Assembly (NCBI RefSeq): GCF_009914755.1
Contig: NC_060941.1
Source: the human T2T-CHM13v2.0 reference genome, Homo sapiens
Direction: 5' to 3' (one strand)
DNA: 64,000 nucleotides
How positions within the stretch are numbered: the first letter of the stretch is position 1; every line of letters begins with the position of its first letter. Of the stretch, positions 28,521 through 41,943 are shown piece by piece. The notes under the pieces are model-generated. The model did not search any database. It was given only the letters and a program-made list of their open reading frames with translations, and was not told the DNA's origin. The position numbers were made by a program, and so were the translations under genes.

Positions 28521-31500
28521 CTGAGCCAGCCCCCACTCGCCACAGGCTTGCCTGGGGAAGACAGGTGCATCAGCCCCGGGGTCCATTTCGCAGTGGGGCT
28601 GATCCCAGCCCACCCTCACCCGCCCGGGAGCCTCGCCCTTCACCCCATGCATCTTCTCCCCTGAATCACCCCCAGGGTCTCCAGGGCAGGAGCAGGGCTG
28701 GCAAGGGCAGGGCTCACAGCCCCATAGGGAGGACACAGTGCCCGCAAGAGGGACTGGGCAAGAGGTGGACAGGCAGGGGGTGGGGGCATTCTGTGTGCCC
28801 CAGAGCCTGAGTTCGCAGGCTCTCAGCAGCCCGTGCTGGGCAGCAGTGTGGGCGTCTCTCCCGCAGGGCACCCTCTGCACTTTCCTGCAGACCTGCAGCA
28901 GCCCTTTCCTGAGGGACACCTGGCTCCGGGCCCAGGGTGGGGGCGGGGCCTCGCGTGTCTCCCCCTTGATTTGTAAGAGTCCAGGGCTGTCGGCCATGGC
29001 CACACTGAGCACCCCTGGGAGCCAAGGCAGCTTAAGGACAAGGTGTGTATGAGGACGGCGGGGCCCAGGGAGGAGAGGCTAGCCCAGGGCTACCCGGGTC
29101 CCCGGAGTAGGGGCAGGGGACTTGAAAATGAGCCCCCAAGGGGCTCTGATGGGGGCAATTCCAGGAGAGGCGTGGGCAGGTGTGGGGCTGGAGAGAGGCC
29201 TGTCCTTTTTCCCTTGCCCTGCACACTGTCTGCAGGGTGGCAGACCCAGGCTGCCTGGCGAGGCTGCTTCTGGAGGCCTGAGGAAGGCTGGGCTGAGGAC
29301 TCCGCCTCTCCTCAAAGCCACAGCCTCCCTGCTCTGGGGCTACATGTCGGGAAAATCCCTGCCTGGGTTACCCCAGCTGGGGACTCAAGCTCTCTTTGGA
29401 CCCTACAGAAAGAGCTGGCCAGCCCCCAGGCCAGAAGGGCCGTCCGTGACCCACAGATGGCCCCAACACACTGTAAAACACGCATGATTTATTTTAGTGT
29501 GTGTTAGAAAAATAAAGCCAACACATCAAGCCTGCAATTTCGCAGATACTAACACTTCGGACCAGGAAAAAAGAAGCCCATGACATGGCACAGCGCTGTG
29601 GAGCGAGCGAGATCTGGGATGCGTAGGCCTGGACGGCTGAGGCTTGGAAACCCCTCCCCTCCCCAAACTTTCCCACCATGCAGGGGCCCAGCAGGCCCTC
29701 AGCCCACTCACCCCGCCAGAGGAGGGAGGAGGGAGGAGGGTCCGGGCCAGGTGGGAGCTTCTCCCCGGAGGCCTGAGGCAGCTTCCCTCCTCTCCCAGGA
29801 AGGGGCTGGCCCAGGCCCAGCTAGGATGCTCCCAGCCCAGCTCCTACCCGCCGGGTCTTTCCCGTTTGTCAGGCAGGCCGGCAGGCTGGGCTGGTGACTC
29901 ATGACTGGCTGGGCCATCTGCCCTGCACCCCTGCCCCGGGCGAAGTGAGAAACCTGACCGGGCTCCAGCACAGACAGGAAACCCCACCCCAGGGCCTGCA
30001 GTGGGACAGGTGTGGCCGCCCTCCACCCCCACACAGGCCTCGGGGAGGGTGTCTGAGGCCGGCCTGGCCCTCTCTGCAGCACTGAAACACCAGCTGCCTC
30101 TCCCCAGCCCGGAACTGGGGATCCAGTGTCCTCCGCACTGACCCCAGGCTCTGCTCTCCCTGGGAAGCACCCGCTTTGACAGTGGGGCCAAGGACTGGGG
30201 TTCCCACCCTCCTCTGCCCAGTGGACTTTGTGGCCCCAGGCAGGTGGCATCAGCTCTCTGGGCCTAAGCTTCTCATCTCTGCAGGGTTCATCAGCTCAAC
30301 AAGCATTTGTGGGTTCCTGAGACCTGAAGGCTCCACTCCCCCACCTAAGCACACAACAGTCCAGGCACCACCCACATCTCCCTCTTACCTGGAGCAGAGG
30401 GGCGGGTGTTCGGAGCCTTGGGGCCCAGGGTCATTTGCACTGGAGGGGGCCAGGAACGCTCCCAGGAGTGTGGCAGTCCCTTCCTAGGGGGCCCCTCCTG
30501 GAGCAGCTGCCTTGAGAGCCCAGCCTACAGCAGAGCCTGGTGGGGTGGCCGGGCTACTGCTACCTGGCTTCACTGCTTTCTTCTGCCATTCCTCCCAGGC
30601 TACCCAGGAGGACGAGAGGGGCAGGGTACTGGCGGCAGCAAGAGAGAACCCGCCCAGGAGGGCCCAGCACGGGAACTCCAGCCTCCAGAGCCAGCAGAGC
30701 CACGGGAACAGGAGTTCCTCCTCACAGAGGAGGCGCTGTTGGAGGGCCAGGAGCAAACTCCCAGCAGAGCAAAATGCAGAGGTGACCAGCCCAGGGCACA
30801 CCAGCCACTGAAAAACCCAACAGTGGGGGCTGCCGTGGGGATCCAGGGTTGGGGGACTCTCAGACGGCCCCCCAGGCTTGTCCCCATGCGTATTCTTTGA
30901 GCTGATGGGGACGCAGTGTTCACAGTCCTGACAGGAGGCAGGCGTGACCCCAGTCGGGGAGTGGACTTGGCCCTCTTCACACCCCCAGGGCAGAAAGCCC
31001 TGTTCAGAGGTACCAGGGAGCAGGCACAGGCCAGGGTCCGAATTCGTAACAAGCATCCGGGACTCCACATGACGCAGGTCTGAGAATCGATCCCGGGTTC
31101 CAGCCCAGCCATCATTTTCAGAGAATACGGGCCCTGTCCCGAGCCGCCAGCCATTGCCAATGGCTGCCCGGAGGAAGGGAGGAAGGGGTGCCCCCAGCTT
31201 GTGGAACCAACAAGGGCTTAATGGTAGGGCACGCCCAGGGGCAGACGCCAAGAAAGGAGAGGAGGGGGCGGGGGCTCCGGCCAGGGAAGCCGTGTCCTCT
31301 GCACCAGGCAGAACAGGGGGCTGGGCCGCCCTCAGCCTGGATCTGGCCAGGGCTGGGATGCCAGCTCTGAGAACAGGGCCCAGCCCTCACCTGCTTGGTT
31401 TGCCTCTTGCCAGGGGAAGGGGCTCAGGAAGGTTTCTGAGCTGCCCCATGCCCCTGCCTGGAGTTCCTGACCCTCGGGGGAAGCTGAGGCTACAGAGAGC

Positions 31501-32725
31501 ACGAAGTGCAAAAGGCCTGGTGGTTGGACCCAGAGCCCCTGTCCCTGGGTCCCCGCTCCTCCCCACCACCCCGTCCCAGCTCTCCCACGCTCCCACGAGG
31601 CCACATCATCTTCTGCTCCTGCTGAGTTCCCCTTCACGCATATGAAAAGCAAATTACAGGAGGGAGAAGGCAAACCCGGGGTGAACGGGGGCCTCCTGGG
31701 ACTCCTTGGACCCCCGGGAGAGCCTGTGAGGGCTTCTATGGGCCGACTGGGATCTCAGGAGCAAAATAGGGGCCCCTAGCCCACAGCGGAGGGCGACTCT
31801 AATCAGCAGAGATCGCCCAGCATGCCTTATCCTCAGCAGCTCAGGGCCACCTGTGGGGCAGGGGGAGGGGGCCTGGCCAGCTGGGTCGGCCGCCCCCGGC
31901 AAAGCCAGGGGACGCCAGGAGCGGAGCTGTGTGGTGCAGAGCAACTGTGTCCCAGGGGAGGGGGGGTCTGTCTCCGCTCCTCCCAGCTGCAGGCCCTGGG
32001 CAGCCGCAACCTCTCAGAGCCTGCCTGCCCCTCTCCTGAGGTCTGGATTTTGCCAGCACAGAGCAGGGACCTCAGCAATATGCCCAGCCTGGCGCAGGCC
32101 CAGGGCAGGCCCTCTATCCGCAGGGCATCCTCTGGTCTACAAGTTCTGTGACGACGTGGCTGGCACCAGGGTCTGAGGGCTTTGATGCTGGGGAACGTCC
32201 TTGCGCCTCTGCAGTAGATGTGAAAGTCTGTGGAGCCCGGGGACCTGGAGCAGGTGGCCTGGGTGGGGCTGCTGCCTTCTGGGCCAGGACCAGATTCCAC
32301 TCCCTGGCTGGACAGCCCTGGGCACAGCGTTTAAACACCCAACACTTCAACTCTGCTCTGTGAAACGGGGATGATTCTAACAGTGCTGGATCACGGCATG
32401 GTTGGGAGGCTTGGGTGAGGTCATGTGTTCCATGATCCTGTCCACACGAAGGTCATGCAGCCTTGGGGGGCACTGGAGCGGCAGGTGTGGTTTTGGGGAC
32501 CTGCCACGGGCCACAGCCCTAGACCAAGCCGGACCATCGGGACTCTTTTCCTGGAATTTGAATGCTGAGCCGAGGGACACTGGGCTTGTGCTGGGGCCAC
32601 TCCCGAGCCGCTGCTGTTGGGGCCTGAACAGCGCCTTCCCCCTGCCCTCCCTGCTGCAAGCTCCAACCAAATACCTGCTCCCGGCTTCAGTTAGTCAGAG
32701 TCCACTTCTGGCACCTGCAGTCAAA

Positions 32726-33002
32726 TTTATTGATTGATTGATTTGAGAGAGTCTTGCTCTGTTGCCCAGGCTGCAGGGCAGTGGTGAGAATAAGGCTCAC
32801 TGCAGCTTCGACCTCCTGGACTCAAGCGATCCTCGGCTTCCCAAGTAGCTGGGTCTACAGGCACACACCACCACGCCTGGCTAATTTTTGTGTTTTTTGC
32901 AGAGATGGGGTCTCACTATGTTGTCCAGCCTGGGCTCAAGCAATCCTCCTGCCCTGGCTTCCCAAAGTGCTAGAATTACAGGCATGAACCACCATGCCAG
33001 CC
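32726..33002 (-). mobile_element. AluJ-like
   Basis: GCTCACTGCAGCTTCGACCTCCTGGACTCAAGCGATCC. Confidence 0.92.
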
Positions 33003-35739
33003 GAAAGTGTCTCTGCACATCTGCACAAATAAAATGTATTTCTGTACGTACACTGATTTGTACCCAGAAGCCCTTTTAAAAAATATTGTGTCACCTTGGC
33101 TTCCTCTCTTACTTCTTGCTCCCCCTTTATGTAAAACTGCTGAATCTTTTGAGTGTCAGTTGCAGACACCTTGACACTTCACCCTAAATACTGTAGCATC
33201 AAATGTCTAAGAACACCTGCCTGCCTCCAGCAGCACGCCTGGGGAAACGCAGTGCCACACAGAACGATGCACGGCCCCGTGGCCCCGCCTGCTGTGTGTA
33301 AACTTCCCAGTCAGCTCCACGGCCCGCCAGAGCAGTCCCACCCCAAGCCTCGTTCAGGATCCTATCCAGGGTCTCCCGTTAGCCTCCTCTCATCTATAAC
33401 ACGCACCGCACCCTTTTGCCTTTTTAAAAACATTGCCCTTTTCTGAGCATCCGGAGAGGTGATTCCGAGAATGCCTCCGGATCCGACTCCCCTGTGCTCA
33501 GTGCAGGTCAAGCGTCCCAGGCAGGAGCATCACTCAGGGGCTGCTGAGCCACCCGAGGGAAGGCAAGCCTGGGAGAGGCAGTCCCGCAGCCGTTGTCCTG
33601 CCACTCGGGGGCCTCTGATGGCCTCTCCTCTGGTGCCATCTCCCACCCCAGAGCTGGACAGCAGGCCTGGGGAGTGGCCTCTCAGATCTGTCCCTTTGGT
33701 GGTCTTGGGGCTCCTACGGGGGCACCTTCCTCTTGTTTCTCCCCTAAGCAGGCAGGAGGTGGCTGGCGGAGAGCAGAGGGGACCCCTGATGGCTAGAAGC
33801 GAGGGGGGCAGTGCAGAGAGAGCACAGCTCGAGATGGAGAACTCTCCCTGGGCGTCTGGCCACTGCCTGACCCTCAAACCAAGGGGAGTGTCCGAGAGTC
33901 AGGCAGGAGGGCCAGGTGCAGAGGTGGGCCAGGTGCAGAGGCAGGCCAGGGAGGCATCCGGACGGGAACCAGCCCCCCTTCTCCTGAGAAAAGGCTCACG
34001 GAGATGGCAAGCGTCCCAGCCGAGGCCCCTTGGGGCATGGGGCGGCCCTGTGGTCCAGTTGGGTACAGGAGGAAGGTGGGACCGGCCCTCAATCCCCCCC
34101 GGCAGCCAGGGGTGCTGGGAGACAGAGGGTGAGGCATCACCGAATCCCAGGGTGGACTCCTATCGGGGTGGGTGGAGGAGAGGGAACCCTTCCTCTGGCA
34201 GGGCCCTCTCATCTTGTCTTGGAGCCTCCGCATGGGTGCGGGATCGCCACTTCGCAGCGGGCTCTGGCCATCAGGCAGTCCGTGGTTTGGAGCTGTCAGG
34301 ACCCGAGGAGGTGCCCCAGCACGTGGCAACAGCAGGGGGCCGTCACCTCCTCAGGCAGGGGGTGAGGAGAGAAGGTGCTGCTGGAACTGGTGAGAGGGGC
34401 CTTGAGCATGGGGGCCCGAGGTGAACGTGCACGCCCTCCTCCCTCCCCCCTGCCCTCAGGCTTCCCTCGGGCCCCAGTGCCCAGAAGCCACCATTAGGCA
34501 CAGGCACAGGGTCAGCCTCCAGGGTCTGAGCAGGGTGGGGACCTGGGCCATAGCCCCTGCCTCTCCAGCCCAGCAGCCACTCCAGCCTGGCCCCTTCACT
34601 CAGATCAATAAAAAGTGTAGGAATGAATTCCACTTCGGTGAAAGCATCAATGAAGAGCAGATTCCCAAGCCCCAGGATTGGGTCCACGGCCAACTCTGCA
34701 GAGCTTAGGGCCCCCAGTGGGCCGGCTCTGGCACCTGTTAGGACCCGCCCAGGGGAAGGGGAGGAGCTGTGGGCCTCCTGCTGTCCACCCTGGCTCCCAG
34801 GTCACCCTGCAAGGCCAGCACCGCCCTTCTGATCCCCCCAGGGCTGTGGCCTGGGAATAGCCACCCCCAGCCTGGGACAGAGCAGGTAAGGCCCGGGAGG
34901 AGGGGACCGCTGACCTTCCCCAGGAGTTTGGGAACTGCTCACGGCTTGTCTCAGTTCTCCAGCTGGCTGTGGACCTAGGATGGACGAGAACAAGGAGGGA
35001 GCCAGCCAGGGGTCAGGGAGGCTGGGGACAGGGTGGAGCAGGAGCCCAGTGTGACACGAGAGACCTGGAGCTGGAGAAGCAGTGCCAGCGGCAGGCTCAG
35101 CAGGACTTGCTGAACCCCAAGGGTAGGGTGCGGACAGGGAGGCCACCCCGCTCGGGAGACAGCAGCCCCCCTCTGCCATCCACGCCCTCACTCCACATCC
35201 CACAGGACCCCTGCTGGAATAGCTGTCTCTGCAAAATGCCCGTAAGTCCACAGAAACCGCCAAAGCTTTCCTGAGACTGGGGACATTATCTGCAGCAATG
35301 GGGACCACATCTGGTGTACCGAGGTCTCCAGTGCTCGAGCGGGGAGGCACGTGAGAGCAGAGGGGATGGGAGCCCTGAGTTCCTGAGCTAATGCTACAAA
35401 GTCAGCACTGGACTAGCACATCAGGTGGATCTAACCAGGCCCCAGCGAGGCTCTGCAGAACGTGGAAGGGGTCAGAACTCACTCTTCCCAGCAATGTCCT
35501 AGAGGCAGTGGCCCCGCTGCCCTGGCCTGATGCGGGCTCCAGAGCTGTGGGATGCAGTGTGAGCCCTTGGCCCTGAGAAGCTGTTCTCCCCAGTCTGCCT
35601 CGTCTGGGAAGCCAGGTCAGCTACCTGGCTGAAGGCCATGGGCACTATGCTGGGCAGGAGCAGGGATCTGCCATGTGCCCTGCGGGATGATGATTTTCAT
35701 TAATCTGCAAAACATTGTGTCTTAGATAAGGGTAGGCTT

Positions 35740-35880
35740 CTTAGTCAGACAAACCTAGCTCCAATCCTGCTGTGTGGCCTTGGGTAAATTACTGACCCTC
35801 TCTGTGCCTCATCTTTAATGTGATTTCCATGGCAGGGCAGTCATGGGGACGCCAAGTGCTAATGCTATAAACAGACCAAG
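35740..35880 (+). mobile_element. MIR
   Basis: CTGTGTGGCCTTGGGTAAATTACTGACCCTCTCTGTGCCTCATCT. Confidence 0.75.
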
Positions 35881-36544
35881 TACAGGTGCTGGCCTGTGCC
35901 AACTTTCTCTTCCTTCTCCTCTCCCTTCCTACCCCATGTCCCTGTGGCCAAGGGACAAGGTGGTTGGCAGTCTCCATGAGGTGCCTGGGGCTGGCGCTCT
36001 TGGCCAGCATAAGCCCACCAGGCTCTGGGAAGGGTCAGCCCTGCTCAGAGTGGGCAGATGGGTAGGCATGGCCGAGGGCACGAGGTGGTCACAGGTAAGC
36101 TGCCGGCAGCAAAGGGCAGCCTCTCACCTGGCCTTTGGGCAGAGAAGCCCCGCCCAGCTGTGGCAGTGAGCTGGGAGCGCATCTGTGGCCCTGCCCTGCT
36201 CTTTCCCCTAATGTGAGCTTCACCCCCGCCCTCCTTGAGCATGCCCAGCTCTTCCAGACTCACGCAGTCACATTTCACAAGTAGAGGAATGCTGGGGGGC
36301 CGGGGCCGGGCCAGGCTGCACCCAGGGCCACCCACATGCCCCCACCCATGAGAAGCAGCAGGAAGTCCCCTCCCCCTCCTCCACCCCTGTCTGTCCACCT
36401 TCAGGGTTTGGCTCTGATCTCTGGCTCTCCAGGGGAAATTTCCTTGTGGAGTTAGTGGAGTCAACTTTGCTGACAACAGTGGGGCCTAGAATGGGCTAAG
36501 GACATTATCTCTGCACCTAGGAAACCCCCACCATTCACTAGTTA

Positions 36545-37290
36545 TTCATCCATCCACCCACCCATCTATCTATCCACCCACCCACCCACCCATCTATCCA
36601 CCCCCCAACCCACCCATCTATCCACTCCCCAACCCACCCATCTATCCACCCCCCACCCACCCATCCATCCACCCCCCCACCCACCCATCTATCCACTCCC
36701 CAATCCACCCATCTATCCACCCATCCACCCACCCATCCACCCACCCATCTATCTATCCACCCATCCACCCACCCTTCTATCCACCCCCACCCATCCATCC
36801 ATTCACCCTTCCATCCAAGAATTCACCCATCCATCCATCCACCCACCCACCTACCCATCTATCTACCCCATCCACCCCACCCATCCACCCACTCATCCAC
36901 CTGCCCATCTATCCACCCACCCATCCATCCACCCGTCCACCCATTCACCCCATACTCCATCCACTTACCCATCCACCCATCCACGACATCCACTCATCCA
37001 TCCACCTGTCCACCTATCCACCCATCCACCAATCCACCCATCCACCCATCCACCCATCCAACCATCCAACCATCCAGCCAGCCATCCACCCATCCAAACA
37101 TCCAGCCATCCAACCATCTACCCCATCCAACCATCCACCCATCCAACCATCCAGCCATCCACCCATCCAGCCATCCACCCATCCAGCCATCCACCCATCC
37201 AACCATCCACCCATCCAACCATCCACCCATCCACCCATCCACCTATCCACCCATCCACACCCCATCCATCCTATCCATCCACCCATCTGT
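36545..37290. repeat. (CCAT/CCAC/CTAT)n compound tetranucleotide microsatellite, ~740 bp
   Basis: Directly visible. Confidence 0.97.
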
Positions 37291-38640
37291 CCTTCCATTC
37301 AATAAACGCTTCATGAGAGAAGAGACCCACCCTCCAGAGCTGACCCTGTAGCCCAGCCCAGGCCTCCTGGCACGGTCATTGGACTGCCTGGGTTAGATCA
37401 CATGGGGTCCTGGTGGACACGTCGACTCTACTCTCCAGGGCTGGGCCCTGGCATCTGCATTTTCACCGAGGTCCTCTGAGGACCACATACTGATGCTTTT
37501 TTCCACAGGCTCTGAAGGCCCAGCCAAGGAGCTGACAAAGCAATGGACGGTGGCGAGGTTCTGCCAGGGGCCCAGCCATGGCTCTGGGGGTGCAGAGACC
37601 TGAGCAGAGGCCTCTAAGCTCCACCCATTTCCCACCAGCCTGACACAAGGCCCAAGAAGGCCAGAGTTCTGGAATGTAGGGGATTTGGGGCTACACTTCC
37701 TTATAGGACAAGGGAGTCCTGGGGACAGGGTCCCCAACACTGTGCACCCTTTGGTGGGCTGGCACTTGTCTCCAAAAGGAGGGCTCCAAAGTCGGGGCGG
37801 GTTGCCTGGGTCCCAGCTGGGCCCTGCTCTGGACTCCTGGCTCTCCTTTCAGGCTCCTTCCCCAAGGGCGCATCCCCCGCCCGGCCTGAGCTTCAGTCAG
37901 GGCTCACACCCTTCCCTGTCTCACTCAAGTGGGCCTTTCCAGGGTCAGTGAGAGACCCTGGGGACCCCATCCAGCCCAGGCCACACGGCAAGAGGGGAAC
38001 TGCTTGCCTAGGCCCGGGTGTGGGTGTGAGAATGGCTGGAATCCTTCCAAGGTGCCCTTGCCTTCACCCTGTGCCCCCCGTGCTCCTGCACCTGGGCACT
38101 GGGGCTGCAGAGCTGCTGAATTGCAAGGGGGACCCCTCACCCTTAGATCTTGTTCATGCTAATGGCTTTGCAGGGGTCCTCTGATGCACCCAGGCCCCCT
38201 CCTCCCAGCTGGCCTGATTAGCAATGAGCGCAACTCCGGGAAAATTATTAATTTCTATCCCTCAAGTTTACTTCTGGGAAAGTTTGCCAATTAACTTGGC
38301 AAGCTGAGGCTCCCAAAATAAAAGGCAAAGGGAGGGAGAGGCACTGGGACGGTCCTTGGTGGGAGGGGCAGCAGGTGCAGACTCCATCCTCAGGAGTGGG
38401 GGTGGGGTGGCCTCGGACAGAGCCGGGGCCACTGGCTGGGAGTGGCCTGAAGTGGAACGAGGAGGTACCCTGCAGCGGCCCCGCCCACCATACCAAGGGT
38501 GGCCCCACGCAGGGCTGCACCGCATCTGGTTGAAACTCGGGAGGTCTGGGCGGGGGATGCAGGGGCGCCTGGGGGCCCTGGCTCTGACAGTGTCCACATC
38601 TGCACGCGGAACACACAGGCTATTGATGGGTCTGAAATAA

Positions 38641-39057
<417 letters not shown>

Positions 39058-40389
39058 CCTTCTTTTGTGCAAAGCCAGGCCCCCCCCACCCCCGATGCTG
39101 GGCTCCACACTCCCCCAGAAGGCCTTCCCCCTCTCTTCCCCCTCTCTGACCATGCATCTGATGCGGTTTGCTTTGGCTCAGTCACTGGCGGTGAAATGTT
39201 GCTGTCACAATCTCGGCTCCTGCCTTGCTCTGAGGTCTGTGTGTGGGTTGGGGAGGGGGCAGCAGGATGGCGCCCCTTCCCAGCCAAGCAGCCTCTGCAC
39301 AGTGGGTGTGCAGCCTCAGGGAGGCAGATGCCAGGTGCAGAAGGAAGCCAAGGAGACCCACCTGGAGAGGCTTCTGGGCCCTCAGGCCTTGGCACTGACT
39401 ACGGGGCCCTGGCTGGGCAGATAGCGCCAGAAGGGACACTGGACCCTCCCAAGGCTAGAAGAAATAACCAATCCCCACTCAACGAGGCTGCTTCCTCTGT
39501 GGCCAGATCGAAGGCAGGGCTCCTGATGAGGGGGCCAGAGGCACTGGGCCAGCTGCTTTTGGACCCAAGGGACCTGCCCAGATGCCTGTGGGGGTGTGGG
39601 GAGTGAGGGGAGCCACCGTACCCAAGGTCGCAGCATCCCTGGGAAATGGTCCTGCCCAGCAGGCTTCCGGATGTCTGGTTCAGGAATGTCTCCCCAGGCC
39701 CACTCTGTAGTGGCCAGAGACAGAAGGGCAAGGCCATGGCTTTTTAAAAGGCAGCCAGAACATTCGTCTCCTGCCAGAGTAAGGCCATGGCTGTGCCCTC
39801 CATGTCCCCGGCACTTCCCGCCACCCCAGGCTTATCTCATCTCCGGTGCCTCCTAATGGAGGCGCTGTGGCCCAGCCCCTCCAGCAATGTCCCAACAGCC
39901 CCCATCAAGCCCCAGAAGTACTCAGAAACATAAATTAAAACAAATTGCATTTAAAAATTACAAATAGGGGCCATTTTATCGTTTTTTATTACATAACAAC
40001 CATTAATAAAGTGTAGTCCCTGCACCTTCATTGCCTGGAGACTAAAGTTCAATTCCTGTCCTCCATGCAGGCTGGGGATGCCATTGTCACAGCCACGTAC
40101 CTGGGGTAATACAAGTGTAAATACATTTATGGGCAGGAAGAGGGGCTTAGGAGGAGGGCCCTGCCGCCCACAGGGCAGGGCGGGTCCTGGAGCTCTCTGC
40201 TGGGAGGAGCCACTGCCTTCCTCCCAGGATGATGATGGGTTAGGGGATCCTGGGACCAACTGGACATGAAGAGGCCACTCCCACTGGGGTAGAATGAGGT
40301 GGGGGCTGAGATCCTCCTGCCTCCCCTTCCTGATCAAGGAGGGCCCATGCAGGAGAAGGAGATGCAGGCGCAGGATTGGCTGTATGGTG

Positions 40390-40416
40390 CACACACACAC
40401 ACACACACACACACAC
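40390..40416. repeat. (CA)n microsatellite
   Basis: Directly visible. Confidence 0.95.
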
Positions 40417-41005
40417 CCTGGACCCCCGTGACAGGGAAGCAGAACAGGAGGCCAAGACCAGCCACACACTGCGAGACCAGCGGCCAGGCTGCCCAGAGCC
40501 CTTCCTGGGTTCAGCCTCTTTCCTGGGCTTCTCGTCCCACTGGAGGAAGGGCCAGGAGGGCAGAGGTCCTTCCTCTTTCCACACTAAGCACCCACAGTCT
40601 GCAGGGATGTGTGAGCCAGAAGCTGGGGTCACCCCTGTGCTAAGCAGCCAGGGCTCCCCAACTGCCCTTGCCAGACAGGTGGGCCCAGCAACTGCTTCCC
40701 ACCTGAACCCACTGCACAGCCTGGCAGGTGGGGGCAAGCTGGAACGCGGGCAGCAGCACTGGGGGGGATGGGCTGTGTGCAGAGCCCAGCAGCCACTTGG
40801 CTGCCAGGGAATGGCCCAGGAATCAGGCACCACTTGTGCTGCAGCCCCTTCCCCTCCCCTCCCCCTCCTCAGCCTCCTCTTCTACCCCAGGGCCCAGGCC
40901 GGTTAATCTTTAACTGCTTCTGGACTAGCACTGACCCCAAAAGCAAACACAGCAGGATTCCTGGGGAGGAGACATGTCTTCCAAGTACGGCTGGGCAGTG
41001 GTGTC

Positions 41006-41431
41006 TTTTTTTTTTTTTTTCAGATGGAGTCTCACTTTGTCGCCCAGGCTTGAGTGCAGTAGTGTGATCTCGGCTCACTGCAACCTCCGCCTCCCCGGTT
41101 CAAGTCATTCTCTTGCCTCAGCCTCCCCAGCAGCTGGGACTGCAGGCGCCCGCCACCACTCCCGGCTAATTTTTTGTATTTTTAGTAGAGACGGGGTTTT
41201 ACCGTGTTAGCCAGGATGGTCTCCATCTCCTGACCTCGTGATCCGCCCGCCTCGGCTTCCCAAAGTGCTGGGATTACAGGCGTGAGCCACCGCGCCCGGC
41301 CCTTAATTTTTATATTTTTAGTAGAGATGGGGTTTCACCATATTGTCCAGGCTGGTCGCAAACTCCCGACCTAGTGATCCGCCTGCCTCCCAAAGTGCTG
41401 GGATTACAGGCGTGAGCCACCGTACCCAGCC
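41006..41431 (-). mobile_element. AluY followed by an additional Alu left arm
   Basis: GTGTTAGCCAGGATGGTCTC (41006-41301), then a second left monomer (41303-41431). Confidence 0.93.
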
Positions 41432-41937
41432 TGCAGTGGTGTCTTAAAGGAGGCACTGGGTGAGGGTCACTGGCTCCAGGTGGGTGGGGTGTCCAGGCCT
41501 CTGCCTCGTGCCCCTCAAGCCTCATTCGTGCTGGAGACTATAAGCTTCTCCCCAGTTCAGAGCTGCAACCTTTCCCAGGCGTGACCAGGGGCAGGGACGG
41601 CAAGCAGAAGGGGCCCGCAGGACCCCAAGGCCACGTACTTAGGAGCCTGATGTAAGGCTCTGAAGGCCGGGGAGGGGGCTATAGGGCCAGAGCAGGGGAG
41701 GAGGTCCCCACTGCAGCTCGAGGGCAGAAGTGTCCCCGCAGAAAGCAGAGGAGGGGGCGCTTCCTCCAGAAATCCGCCAGGCCATTGTTACACTTTCTGA
41801 GGCCAGGGAATTTTTCCAGGAGGTTGTGACAACCAAAAATAATAATAACGCCCCTCCCCCAGCAGCAGGGATTCTGGAAAAAACAGCTGCTGCAGTTATC
41901 AGGGCCGAGGAAAAAACAAGGTCAGGCACTGCGAAGA

Positions 41938-41943
41938 TTTAAT
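41938..41943 (-). terminator. Candidate poly(A) signal ATTAAA with downstream U-rich element
   Basis: Minus strand GAAATTAAATCTTCGCAGTGCCTGACCTTGTTTTTTCC. Confidence 0.4.

Noticed and set aside
33459-34424. 321-aa plus-strand ORF
   Set aside because: GTG start, no domain, composition typical of random GC-rich DNA.
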